Of a stretch of DNA of 44,211 bases, positions 22,330 to 33,522 are shown piece by piece (the stretch's first letter is position 1; each line of letters starts with the position of its first letter). The DNA is taken from the NCBI RefSeq assembly GCF_006345805.1, contig NW_021835081.1, positions 1-44,211 of the forward strand, read 5' to 3'. This DNA is from Octopus sinensis (lineage: Eukaryota). The notes beneath the pieces are model-generated. The model made no database searches. It saw nothing but the letters and a program-made list of their open reading frames with translations, and was not told the origin of the DNA. Both the position numbers and the translations under genes were made by a program.

Positions 22330-22745
22330 GATGCATTAGCACATTGTCTTTACGAAAATATCCATTCATTTTACTTTAACGTGTAAGAGAAAGAGGAAGT
22401 CTTGACGTTTTGGACGCATGTCTATCATCAGAAGAAAGAAAAACGAAAAGAATGGCAAATAAAAAAGGAGGCAAAATCGTTCGAAAGATAAAAAGAAAAT
22501 TGTTTTAGGTCCAGGTGTGAATGCAGTTAGAAGTGATAAGTGGACCAGAGGGCAAGGCTGGAAGCGAAATATGGAGAGAGGGCGAGAAAGAGTTCGAGGG
22601 GGCGAGAGTGCAGGCAGCTGTGGAATGTAAGGAGCTTAGGAATGTTGGAAAGGATGGAAGGATACAGAAGGGAGAGGATTGGAATGAAAACAAGTAAGAA
22701 GGAAAAGAGAGACGAAAGAAGTTAAAATATGAGGTGGTCACGGAA
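22330..22745 (-). mobile_element. PLE pseudo-LTR-like element with a degenerate HHR (22400-22435)
   Basis: Minus strand: pyrimidine-rich tract, then tctt-CTGATGA-ta gac atgc gtc c-AAAAC-GTC-aaga; G12 replaced by A. Confidence 0.5.
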
Positions 22746-23289
22746 GATTAGCTGCAGTGAAGAGATCAGCGAGAAGAGAAATCAGGTCCCCACGTAAGCG
22801 TTTGTATTTAATTTTCTCCCATTGCTTTGAATAAGCCTCCAAATTGTGGGTTTGCAGCAGAAAATGCATTTGGATATCAGCATTAAAATACGGAAGAGAT
22901 GGTGTGTTTAGGACAGGACAGCAGGAGCGTGTTAGTTACTTTTGTTATTGGACACAATGAAACGAATGTACTGTGTGTCGTATGTTATTATTAAATAAAT
23001 ATAATAGAATTGTTTGATTTAGAGAATTATGTACTTAATGATATAGAGAATTAAAGAGTTCATTAAGAAGAGTTTAACTCGTTAAGAGCTACAAAAGCAC
23101 TGGCTTATAAGTAGTTTTATGTAAATATATTAAGGGAATGGGACATATTAGGTTTCGTTTTGAATATTTTGTTGGAAATTTCATCTAAGCACTCACACAC
23201 ATACGTGTGTGTGGAGCGGGGTGTAATGTGTGTATGTGAGTATGTATATATGTATACACAGGTTGTCTATAAATTACCTTTGCAACTAA

Positions 23290-23601
23290 GGCGGTGAGCT
23301 GGCAGAAACGTTAGCACGCCGGGCGAAATGCGTAGCCGTATTTCGTCTGCCGTTACGTTCTGAGTTCAAATTCCACCGAGGTCCACTTTGCCTTTCATCC
23401 TTTCGGGGTTGATTAAATAAATACCAGTTACACACTGGGGCCGATATAATCGACTTAATCCGTTTGTCTGTCCTTGTTTGTCCTCTCTGTGTTTAGTCTC
23501 TTGTGGGTAGTAAAGAAATAGGTATTTCGTCTGCCGTTATGTTCTGAGTTCAAACTCCGCCGTTAAGTATTTCGTCCAGCGTGCTAACGATTCTGCCGCC
23601 T

Positions 23602-23603
<2 letters not shown>
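23290..23603 (+). mobile_element. SINE family A full unit plus start of a second unit, then an inverted head fragment
   Basis: Head at 23290, tail aaagaaatag/gtatttcgtctgcc junction at ~23521; minus-strand head cgtgctaacgattctgccgcc at ~23580-23600. Confidence 0.85.
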
Positions 23604-23633
<30 letters not shown>

Positions 23634-23792
23634 ATAGTACTAGTGATGATGATAATAATAATCGTTTCTTTATTGGCCACAAGGGCCGAACGCAAAACTA
23701 CTTGGGACAATACAAAACTGGGGACATGTGGGGTTTGACACAAAAATCGAGTAAACAATAAAAACAATACAAAAATAATTGAACAATACAAA

Positions 23793-24370
23793 AATAATAA
23801 TAATGATAATAATTATGCCCTGATGCAGTACCTGATAGTGGCTCTCGTGGCTTTTGATCTTAACTGATTGGAAGTGTTATCATGTACATTGTTTTGTCTT
23901 GGTATAGAAGATTGGCTACAGCAAATATTCTACTCAATGCCATAGATTTGCTTGTCAGTTGTTTGACCATAAGCACTTGAGCATGTGCATCCCTGATCAC
24001 GAGCAGAAGTAGTGGGGGAGCAGCGTCACCATATGTTGAGAGGAATTCATTGGGGTTTGAATAATTCACCTCTAGAAACACGGGTGCTTCGTTCAACGTC
24101 TTTAAACAACCCTTATTCATGGACCTTAAGAGCGGGATGGGCTACTCGACCTGAAAAAAATTTTAACTTGGCCCCACCTGCAAGGTCATGCGCCGTTAAA
24201 CTTGATACAAATTCACTATTTTGCACACATAGGGTTGTGATGCATGTGCCTGATGTACCCTTAGCGGACGGGTAGTCATAATGAGTATATTGGGCTTCGT
24301 ATATTTGTACCCAGTGACACAAGGGCTGAGAGTTTCGTGTGATGGACACTTTGTTGGATAAGTGCCAAGG
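23793..24370 (-). mobile_element. Retroposon 3' end (LINE- or SINE-like) with (TAA)n tail
   Basis: The minus strand ends ggtactgcatcagggc followed by (ATT)n; family not identified. Confidence 0.4.
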
Positions 24371-24431
24371 TACGAAACTCTCGATTTTTGAGTTACTTTG
24401 TTGTTTCTGCTAAATATCATTATTATGTATG

Positions 24432-24470
<39 letters not shown>

Positions 24471-24472
<2 letters not shown>

Positions 24473-24680
24473 GGAGTAAACACATAAATGTGAAACAAGG
24501 TGGAAAAAAGAGTACTCAAATACCAGTGGTAGAGTAATATGCTTTATTCAAAGTAGCAGAAAATTCAACAAAACCTATTCGTCGGACAGTTTTTTCTAGC
24601 AAAAACTGTCCGACGAACGGCAACGGGAAACTCAGAGTAACTGGCTTTGTTGAATTTTTCTGCTGCTTTGAATAAAGTAT
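24471..24680. mobile_element. Fold-back pLTR-like element in (TA)n with an HHR variant (24606-24643, +)
   Basis: Inner palindrome ttcgtcggacagttttt/aaaaactgtccgacgaa, outer arms 24539-24573/24645-24680. Right arm ctgt-CCGACGA-acg gcaa cgg-GAAAC-tcaga-GTA-actg (U4C, weak stems); the left arm lacks the GAAA/stem III segment. Confidence 0.6.
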
Positions 24681-24699
24681 ATATATATATATTATATAT

Positions 24700-24741
<42 letters not shown>

Positions 24742-25392
24742 ATATATATATATGCATGTATGTATGTATGTTGTATGTATGATATATTATATAATATATA
24801 TATAATTATATATATATATATAAGGGAGGTGTACGTGCGTGCGTGAGTGTATGTATGACGTATCCATGAATGTACGCATGTAGTATGTATGTATCTATAT
24901 ATCGTGAGTTACGGTGGGAATTAATGCATATTTTGTTCTATTTTATGACCGATTTAATTAATGGAAGTCGTCCGTTCTTGTCTGTCAGGGAAGAGATTCT
25001 ATTCATATGGTGCGTACGTGCGCGTGTCTGTCTGATGCGCGCGTGCGTGTGTCCGGCTTTTTCGTCATCCCTAAATGATATGTCTTTCGTGTTTTGTATT
25101 GATGTCATTATGTCTCGGGGTGGGGTGTCGTCTATGGAAGCATTGTACATCGTTCAATAATCTATTGGTGCATTCGCTGTTAAGTAATGTTTCAACGCAT
25201 ACACGCACACACACGCGCGCGCGCGCATACTCAACAACACACATTGAGAGGAAGAGGTAGACAGATAGATAGGTATATATATTATATATATATATATATA
25301 TATATCATATATATTATATATATATATATATACATGCAAAAAAAATAATTAAAATATGGATAGATACATATATATCATATATATATATTATA

Positions 25393-25436
<44 letters not shown>

Positions 25437-25441
<5 letters not shown>

Positions 25442-25632
25442 TTATAGAAGGAGCTTCTACAGGACTAGAACTGTATCATTCAAATGAAATCATCAGGAAG
25501 CTTCCTGATGATTTCATTTGAATGAAACAGTTCTAGTCCTGTAGAAGCTCATTCTAAAATAAATTAATTTACTCTGCTATGTATGAGTACCTTATTTACT
25601 GTGGTTAACCCCGACTCAACCCGGGACCTACA
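25437..25632. mobile_element. Fold-back pLTR-like element in (TA)n, palindrome centre 25500/25501
   Basis: gagcttctacaggactagaactg..atcatcaggaag / cttcctgatgat..cagttctagtcctgtagaagctc; the right arm continues unpaired to ~25632. Confidence 0.8.
25499..25549 (+). ncRNA. Type I hammerhead ribozyme, canonical core, GUA site
   Basis: agcttc/gaagct stem I (its first base lies at 25499); CTGATGA 25505-25511; stem II ttca tt tgaa with a U.U closing pair; GAAAC-ag ttctagtc ct-GTA (25541-25543). The minus twin has GATAC. Confidence 0.7.
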
Positions 25633-25648
25633 TATATATAATAATATA

Positions 25649-25686
<38 letters not shown>

Positions 25687-25828
25687 CTATATATATATAT
25701 ATATATACACACAAACATATATATATATACAAACATATTATATACATAAATGCATATATGGATATATTTACATATATATATACATATATATATAGATATA
25801 GATATTATATATAATATATATATATATA

Positions 25829-25880
<52 letters not shown>

Positions 25881-25928
25881 GATATCTACACATGCATATA
25901 AATCATATTACTATGTATATATACTACG

Positions 25929-26274
25929 GCACTCCGTCAGCTACCACGACGAGGGTTCCAGTTGATCTAGTCGACAGAACAGCTTGTTCGTGAAATTAAC
26001 GTGCAAGTGGCTGAGCACTCCACAGACACGTGTACCCTCAACGTAGTTCTCGGGGAAATTTAGCGTGACACAGAGTGTGATAAGGCCCTTTGAAATACAG
26101 GTACAACAGAAACAGGAAGTAAGAGTGAGAGAAATATGTGGTGAAAGAGTACCACCCCCTGCCGGAGCCTCGTGGAGCTTTAGGTGTTTTCGCTCAATAA
26201 ACACTCAAAACGTCTAATCTGGGAATCGAAACCGCGAGTCTGCTGCTCTAACCACTGAGCCTTTGCGCTTCCAC
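25929..26274 (-). mobile_element. tRNA-derived SINE, family D
   Basis: Minus head gtggaagcgcaaaggctcagtggttagagcagcagactcgcggtttcgattcccaga; homologous to 43406-43791. Confidence 0.85.
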
Positions 26275-26289
26275 ATACATGCATATAAG

Positions 26290-26416
26290 TGATGTAATTA
26301 TACATACCTACTTGCATACATACATACCTACCTGCATACATACATACATACATACATACATACATACATACATACATACATACATACCTGCATACATACA
26401 TACATACATACATACA

Positions 26417-26451
<35 letters not shown>

Positions 26452-26839
26452 GGATGCGCATATATGTATCTACATATATATGTGCATTTATATGTATGCG
26501 ATATTTTGTCACACTCACACAGCTATATAGTACACAAAACATCTACACAAGCATACACATGGATACGGATCCATACACACGCACACGCACACACACAAAT
26601 GTTTATGTCTCGCGCACACTTGAACACGCGCGCTAGCACACACATATATGCCCACATTCATACACAAACACACATACACGGGTGTACGCGCGTACACAGT
26701 CATGTACACCCCTGTCCTCCTGTCATCCTTATGAAAACATCGATTCATGTACACATGTCATCTGACCAAGACGTTTTCTTGATTATGACAGGTAAATGGA
26801 CTTCAAAGAGATGTTTGCCTGTGTCTGCGTGTGGTGTGT

Positions 26840-26878
<39 letters not shown>

Positions 26879-26905
26879 TGTGTATGTGTGTGTGTATGTG
26901 TGTGT

Positions 26906-26955
<50 letters not shown>

Positions 26956-27005
26956 CTTCATGTACGTACGAATCTTGGTATGGATGTATGTATGTATGTA
27001 TGTAT
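26290..27005. repeat. (ACAT)n, (CA)n, (TG)n, (ATGT)n microsatellite field
   Basis: Directly visible, with a short unique insert at ~26700-26820. Confidence 0.85.
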
Positions 27006-27007
27006 GT

Positions 27008-27209
27008 ATTATAATTTAGGGTATCTAATAGATACCTCCACGCTGGAAATAGCAGCCAAAACTTGACTGTAAAACCACATTAAATGTTCATTCAGCACCA
27101 GGAAAGTCTTCTCTCCTGGTGCTGTATGAACATTTAATGTGGTTTTACAGTCAAGTTTTGGCTGCTATTTCCAGCTTGGGGGTATCTCTTAGATATCCTA
27201 AATTATAAT
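27008..27209. repeat. ~200-bp fold-back hairpin (95-bp arms, ~10-nt loop)
   Basis: attataatttagg..cagcaccagga / tcctggtgctg..cctaaattataat; few mismatches. Confidence 0.85.
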
Positions 27210-27640
27210 TTTAACAATAATTATTACCTTTGAAGGTTTTTTTCGATATTTAAATTAACGATCTTATCCTTATTTATATTAATTTATAATATATATTACT
27301 ATTAAGGACATTACTATTATGCTTGCACTGACGATTAAAAAGTGCATTTTGTGCACTTATTATGAAATCATATGATCTGCAGCTGAATCTGTTTTTAAAA
27401 GGCTCGCTTCGAGAGTTACATTCCCTCGCGTTGGGTACAATGTGTTTATTATGGTAGTTTTGACTTTAGGAGTCCCTCCTAGCGTGAGGCATTTATGTAT
27501 AGTAATACCTTTAATATAAATATAAAAAAAAATATAAATAAATATATTTAAAGGGAATAATTAATAAATGTTTTCCTTATGAGGTTTTTCACGCTAACTA
27601 CTTGATAAATTCTTATAAAGATTTTATCCTGTTTTAAAAT

Positions 27641-27694
<54 letters not shown>

Positions 27695-27697
<3 letters not shown>

Positions 27698-27910
27698 AGC
27701 GAGTAAAAGAATCTTTGGCACGAGCACGCAGGATAAAATGCTTAGTGTCCATCGTCATGTCATGAGGTTCTGAGTTCAAATTCTGCTACCGTCGCCTTTG
27801 CATTTCATGTTTTCGGGGTCGATAAGATAAGTACCAGTTGATCACTGAGGTCGATGTCATCGACTTACCCATTCCCTGGATTTGCAGGCCACGTGCCAAA
27901 GTTTGGTATC
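27695..27910 (+). mobile_element. Diverged SINE family A copy
   Basis: ttctgagttcaaattc..tttcggggtcgataagataagtaccagttgatcactgaggtcgatgtcatcgac. Confidence 0.75.
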
Positions 27911-28053
27911 TATATACATATATATATATATATATGCACTTTGTATATACGCATATCTTTATATGCAACACACACACACACATATATATGTATACAAATG
28001 TATATGTTTATATATATAGAGAGAGAGGGAGGAGACAGACAGACAGACAGATG

Positions 28054-28093
<40 letters not shown>

Positions 28094-28113
28094 CATATAC
28101 ATACACATATATA

Positions 28114-29329
28114 CAGTGGCTGGACAAAATAATGGAAACACCTAGCATCATAATTTTGAAATATCTATAAAACCATCAAAAGCTTCTTTATTTTTATGTC
28201 TTTTTGATTTATTATTAGTGTTGCTTAATGTTTCGCAAAAGTTGCTGTTTCTTTTCATATAGCATCAGAAAAAGGTAATTAAAATTCATTAAAATGACAA
28301 TTCTATCGGCCTTTCAAAGAGGACAAATTGTTGGTGCCCGTATTGCAGGCGCTAGCGTAACGAAAACAGCCGAAATGTTTGGTGTATCAAGAAGCACTGT
28401 CTCGAAAGTAATGACAGCCTTTAAGAAAGGGGGAAAAAACCTCCTCGTCGAAACAAAACTCGAGAAGAAAACCAAAAGTTTCAGATAGCGACCGTCGGAC
28501 TCTTACGCGAATTGTTAGAAAGAATCACAAAAGTACAGCTCCCAAAATTAGTGCAGAGCTTTATGACCACCTCGAGAACCCAGTTTCCACAAAGTCGGAT
28601 TTCATGGAGGGCTGCAATCAGAAAACCACTACTTTCAAAAACAAACGTTGCAAAGTGTTTCGAGTGGAGTAAAAACCTACAGAATTGGTCCCTAGAGCAG
28701 TGGAAGAATGTTATTTTCTCGGACGAATCATTCTTTACCTTATTTCCGACCACCGGCCGAGTATACGTGTAGAGACAGCCAAAAGAAGTATTTGATCCAG
28801 ACTGCCTTCTTCCAACTGATAAACATGGAGGAGTATCTGTGATGATCTGGCGGGAGGCTATATCTTGGAAATCTGCCGCCAGAATTAATAGTCAAGACTA
28901 TTTAAGCATTTTATCGGATCAAATTCATCCTATGGTTGCGGAACTGTTTCCGGAGAGAAACGCAATCTTTCAGGATGATGATGCACCAATTTACACAGCT
29001 AAAGTTGTTACTGAATAGCACGAGGAACATTCTAGTGAAGTTGAATATCTTATCTAGCCACCACAGTTCCCAGATCTCAATACTATTTAACATTTATGGT
29101 GCATTATAGGAAAACAAGTAAGGAGTCAATATCCTCCACCATTATCACTACAATAAATGGGGACTGTTTTAACTGAAGAATGGCCAAAAATTCCTTTGGA
29201 AACAATTCAAACTTTGTATGAGTCCATACCTCGTAGAATCGTAGAATTCAAGCTGTAATTACTGCCAAAGGCGGTGCTACCTATTAAAATTAATTTGTTT
29301 GAAATTTTAAGATGTTTCCATTATTTTGT
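28114..29329 (+). mobile_element. Tc1-family DNA transposon, right TIR truncated
   Basis: TA-CAGTGGCTGGACAAAATAATGGAAACA at left; tgtttccattattttgt at 29313-29329 matches the inner TIR, but the outer 10 bp are missing. Confidence 0.9.
28294..29285 (+). pseudogene. Tc1 (DD34E-type) transposase pseudogene
   Basis: HTH segment QRGQIVGA..SVTKTAEMFGVSRSTVSKV; W.NVIFSDES; KHGG.SVMIW; FQDDDAP; PDLNTI*HLW (catalytic E appears as TAA); frameshifts and stops. Confidence 0.9.
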
Positions 29330-29500
29330 ACGAGAATTTACAAAAAAACAAGAGACGAAGACTGGTGTGTAAACAACAAACAGATGTATTAGTTTAACGC
29401 TTGGGAAGTGAGAAAGTCTTTTACGTTTCGAGCCTACGCTCTTCAACAGAAAGGAACACGAGGAAATAAACGGAGAGAGAATTTTTAAAAAATTGGAGCT
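29330..29500 (-). mobile_element. pLTR-like element with an HHR variant (29418-29453)
   Basis: Minus strand: cttt-CTGTTGA-a-gagc gtag gctc-GAAAC-GTA-aaag; loopless palindromic ACGT stem III (obligate dimer), A6U and one extra A. Confidence 0.55.
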
Positions 29501-29626
29501 AGAGGTGCGTAATCAATAGTCCGTATAGAGTGATTATATTTGCTTATAACTTCGCCATTCATAAGAAACAGACAGTGGAATAAGAAGACGTCGAGTAACA
29601 GTCATTCGCGCATGCATATAGCCACA

Positions 29627-29775
29627 TGATTCTTTCAGTTTCCTGTCTAGCAAATCCGTTCACAAGGTTTAGGACGGCCCGGAGCTAGAATCAAAGACAC
29701 TTGCCCAAGGTGTCACACAGTGCGACTGAACACAAACCAATGTGGATAGAAAGCAAACTTCTTCCCACTCAGCCA
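29627..29775 (-). mobile_element. SINE family B 5' half (diverged)
   Basis: ttctttcagtttcc..gacacttgcccaagg..gactgaac. Confidence 0.7.
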
Positions 29776-30401
29776 GTTTGATCCGGTTCCATGCAGCTTA
29801 AAGATGCGTAGGTTCATAAAACCAACATATACTTCGATAAACATATTTGTGCACATGAGCATGCTTCTGTGTGCACTTCCGCTATTGCGCATTGTTAATG
29901 CAAGTTTAAGAGCAAAACAAACAACAAACGTTTTGACTCGTCTTGAACTGCTTCACCGAGTGTTTGCATTTGTCCCGCCAGGGACTTTTATTTAAAAATA
30001 AATATGAAATATAAAATTGAAAAAATATTTCTAACAGCGGACGTCGCGAGTAATTTTATACACATTTATTTTTTTAAATATTGTTTCGGTTTAATATTTT
30101 ATTCACATCCTCTTTGACTTAATTAAGAAACACTTTGAATTAATTAGTAACTTATACTTCAAATTAATTGCAGTTATATATGTCTTAAAGTGTGAATCTG
30201 TAACCATATACATATATATATATAATTTATATGTGTGTGTATGTATACATGTGTGTGAGGGGTGTATGCGTGGTGTGTATACAACATCTGAATATATATA
30301 TATATATATATATTATAATATATATATATATATATATAAATATGCATATATATATATATACATATACATTTTATATGTATATAAGTACATATATCTTGTG
30401 A

Positions 30402-30568
30402 GATGCATAGCTCAGTGGTTAGAAGCGTCGAGCTTACGATCGTGAGGTTGTGAGTTCGATTCCCGGACCGGACTGCGTGTTGTGTTCTTGAGCAAGGCAC
30501 TTTATTTCACGTAGCTCCAGTTCACTCTGCAGTAGAAATGAGTTGCGGCGTCACTGGTGTCAAGCGAT
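30402..30568 (+). mobile_element. tRNA-derived SINE, family C
   Basis: gcatagctcagtggttag (A box), gagttcgattccc (B box), then gtgttcttgagcaaggcacttt; no tRNA 3' acceptor stem. Confidence 0.8.
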
Positions 30569-30659
30569 TGAGGAGGGACAAACACAAACACACACAAATA
30601 CATACACACATCATATATATATATATAATATATATATATAATATATATATATATATATA

Positions 30660-30805
30660 GACGGGCTTCTTTCAGTTTCCGTCAACCAAATCCACCCACA
30701 AGGCTTTGGTCGGCCGGAGGCTATAGTAGAAAACACTTGCCCAACGTTAAGTGGGACTGAACCCGGAACCATGTGGTTGGGAAGCAAGCTTCTTACCACA
30801 GAGCC
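30660..30805 (-). mobile_element. SINE family B 5' half
   Basis: gacgggcttctttcagtttccgtc..gggactgaacccggaaccatgtggttgggaagcaagcttcttaccaca. Confidence 0.85.
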
Positions 30806-30838
<33 letters not shown>

Positions 30839-31299
30839 GTGTGTCTGTGTGTATACAAATATATATGTATATAAATGTATGTATGACGAACATAAATACT
30901 TACACACATGCATTCATACATACATGCATACATACATATATACGTATATACATACATACATGCATGCATGTATGCATACATACATACATAATTACATACA
31001 TACATACATGCATACATACATAAATACATACATACATAATACATGCATGCATACATACATACATACATACATACATACATACATACATACATACATACAT
31101 ACATAATACATGCATACATACATACATACATACATGCATACATACATACATACATACATACATACATACTACATACATACATACATACATGCATACATAC
31201 ATACATACATACATGTCTTTCATTCTTCCGGAGCCAACGAAATAGCACCAGTCAATTAATTCGACTGCCCATCCCACCTCACCGCACCAAACTTGCACG

Positions 31300-31348
<49 letters not shown>

Positions 31349-31350
31349 AC
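30806..31350. repeat. (TA)n, (ACAT)n, (CA)n microsatellites
   Basis: Directly visible. Confidence 0.9.
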
Positions 31351-31637
31351 ATACACACACATACAACGTACATTCAAAGAACATCTGTGGCCTAGTATAT
31401 GGCTAGGTTACTAGATATAGGAGCCAACATTAACGTTTCCTGCATATCTAGAACATCTCAGTCCATTACTATATTGGAACCATGCTAAACGTTGACATGC
31501 TCCAGTAAACATCACTCACTCAAACCTTTCAAATAATACGCAGGGATTTCTTGTATGTGAGACTTGGAAAGCTCTTACATAAGACTTTTTGTTGCCAACC
31601 CACCAAATCGCTTTGGTATTCCTAGGATATATAAATT

Positions 31638-31688
<51 letters not shown>

Positions 31689-31751
31689 TGTGGTGTGTGT
31701 GTGTGTGTGGTGTGTGTGTGTGTTACAAATGACAAATATATCTATAACAGA

Positions 31752-31960
31752 GGCACGTGGCTTAGCGGTTAGGGTGTTAGACGCATAGTTGTGAGATTCT
31801 GGTTCCATTCCTGCACAGGGCAATGCATTGTGTTCTTAAGCAAAACACTTCATTTACCGTACCTCCACTGCACTCAGCTGGCAAAATAGAGTAACCCTTC
31901 GACTGACCAGCTTCCCATCCAGGGGATGTGTACACTCCATAGAAACCGTGAAACTGACAA
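31752..31960 (+). mobile_element. Diverged tRNA-derived SINE, family C-like
   Basis: ggcacgtggcttagcggttagg head; gtgttcttaagcaaaacactt; gtaacccttcgactgaccagcttcccatccagggg. Confidence 0.65.
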
Positions 31961-31999
31961 ACGCACACATACACACTCAAGCATACATACATACAGACG

Positions 32000-32185
32000 A
32001 AATACTGCTAAGCATTTCGCTAACGTTTCTTATTTCTTTCGGCTCTTCATTTTCTAAGTTCATATCTCACCGAGGTAAACTTTCTTTTTGATTGTATCGG
32101 GGTCGATAAAATAAAGTACCGGTAAAATAGAGAAATCCCCTCTCCGAAATTCAAGTCATTTCAGGCCTTGTGCCAATGATAGAAT
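32000..32185 (+). mobile_element. Diverged SINE family A copy
   Basis: cggggtcgataaaataaagtacc and tail tttcaggccttgtgcc. Confidence 0.55.
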
Positions 32186-32199
32186 CAGGAACTAACATT

Positions 32200-32582
32200 C
32201 GTTTCTACTCTAGGCACAAAGCTCGAAATTTTGGGGTAGGGGGCCAGTCGATTAGATCGACCCCACTTGGCAACTGGTACTTAATTTAGCAACCCCGAAA
32301 GTATGAAAGCCAAAGTCGACCTCGGCGGCATTTGAACTCAGAACGTAAAGACAGACGAAATACCTATTTCTTTACTACCCACAAGGGGCTAAACAAGGAC
32401 AGACACATGGATTAAGTCGATTACATCGACCCCAAAATGTAACTGGTACTTATTTAATCGACCCCGAAAGGATGAAAGGCAAAGTGGACCTCGGCGGAAT
32501 TTGAACTCACAACGTAACGGCAGACGAAATACGGCTACGCATTTTGCCCGGCGTGCTAACGTTTGTGCCAGCTCGCCGCCTT
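32200..32582 (-). mobile_element. SINE family A dimer with 14-bp TSD
   Basis: Junction gacgaaatac/ctatttctttac at ~32364; TSD caggaactaacatt 32186-32199 / caggaaccaatatt 32583-32596. Confidence 0.85.
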
Positions 32583-32606
32583 CAGGAACCAATATTATTG
32601 AGCCTA

Positions 32607-33030
32607 AGGTGGCGAGTCAGCAGAATCGATGGATCGTCAAGGTGGCGAGCTAGCAGAAACGTTAGCACGCCTGCCGTTACGTTCTGAGTTCAAATTCCGC
32701 CGAGGTCGACTTTGCTTTTCATCCTATCGGGGACGATAAATTAAGTACCAATTACGCACTGGGGTCGATGCAGTCGACTTAATCCGTTTGTCTGTCATTG
32801 TTTGTCCCCTCTGTGTTTAGCCCCTTGTGGGTAGTAAAGAAATAGGTATTTCGTCTGCCGCTACGTTCTGAGTTCAAATTTCGCCGAGGTTGACTTTGGC
32901 TTTCATCCTTTCGGGGTCGATTAAATAAGTACCAGTTACGCACTGGGGTCGATGTAATCGACTTAATCTGTTTATCTGTCCTTATTTGTACCCTGTGTGT
33001 AGCCTCTTGTGGGCAGTAAAGAAATAATTG
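32607..33030 (+). mobile_element. SINE family A dimer (head-to-head with 32200-32582)
   Basis: Partial head 32607-32630, unit with a head deletion, junction aaagaaatag/gtatttcgtctgcc at ~32847; the second unit ends in the first tail type. Confidence 0.85.
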
Positions 33031-33225
33031 ATGAGGCGTCGAGCAAAATGCCTTGCGGTAGTTCATCCAGTTCTTCACTCTCCAAGTTCAAAATCCACAG
33101 AAGTCAGCTTTACGTCTCATCCCTCGAAGGCCGACCAAACAGAGTACCGGTCAAATATTGGAGTCGACTCCCCACCTTCAAAATTACTGTCTTTGTTCCC
33201 GTTTTATCACTCTTTATTGCTGAAT
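33030..33225 (+). mobile_element. Old, diverged SINE family A copy
   Basis: caagttcaaaatccacagaagtcagcttt..agagtaccggtc..gtcgac. Confidence 0.45.
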
Positions 33226-33483
33226 CGCTAAGATAAGAACACGTCTAGAACTTTAGTCAATTTCAACCTTTCCAACCAAGTTGTGTGGTCTTGTACCAAA
33301 TGTTACACATCGTTAAAAACCTAATTAACTAATATTTATTCTTGCTACAAAATCACCCCCAAAACGACTATTTTATAGCAAAACTTGGTTGGAATTAAAC
33401 ATATTTGCGTGTTGACAGACACTAAATATGCTTTGATGCATACTGTGCTGTTTCAGAAACAAGCTAACTTGTTCTTCATGTAA

Positions 33484-33522
<39 letters not shown>

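Noticed and set aside
744-27209. Idea that all palindromes are sequencing fold-back artefacts
   Set aside because: Not adopted as the main explanation: arms differ by substitutions and deletions, four have the same polarity relative to the HHR, and they sit in repeat-specific contexts. It is not formally excluded without raw reads.
30402-30470. tRNA gene candidates (also SINE heads at 43720-43791 and 26220-26274)
   Set aside because: A and B boxes are present, but no complete cloverleaf or acceptor stem, and they continue into SINE bodies.
33270-33394. 13-bp inverted repeat ttccaaccaagtt/aacttggttggaa ~100 bp apart
   Set aside because: Too short, with no TSD or second copy to call a MITE.
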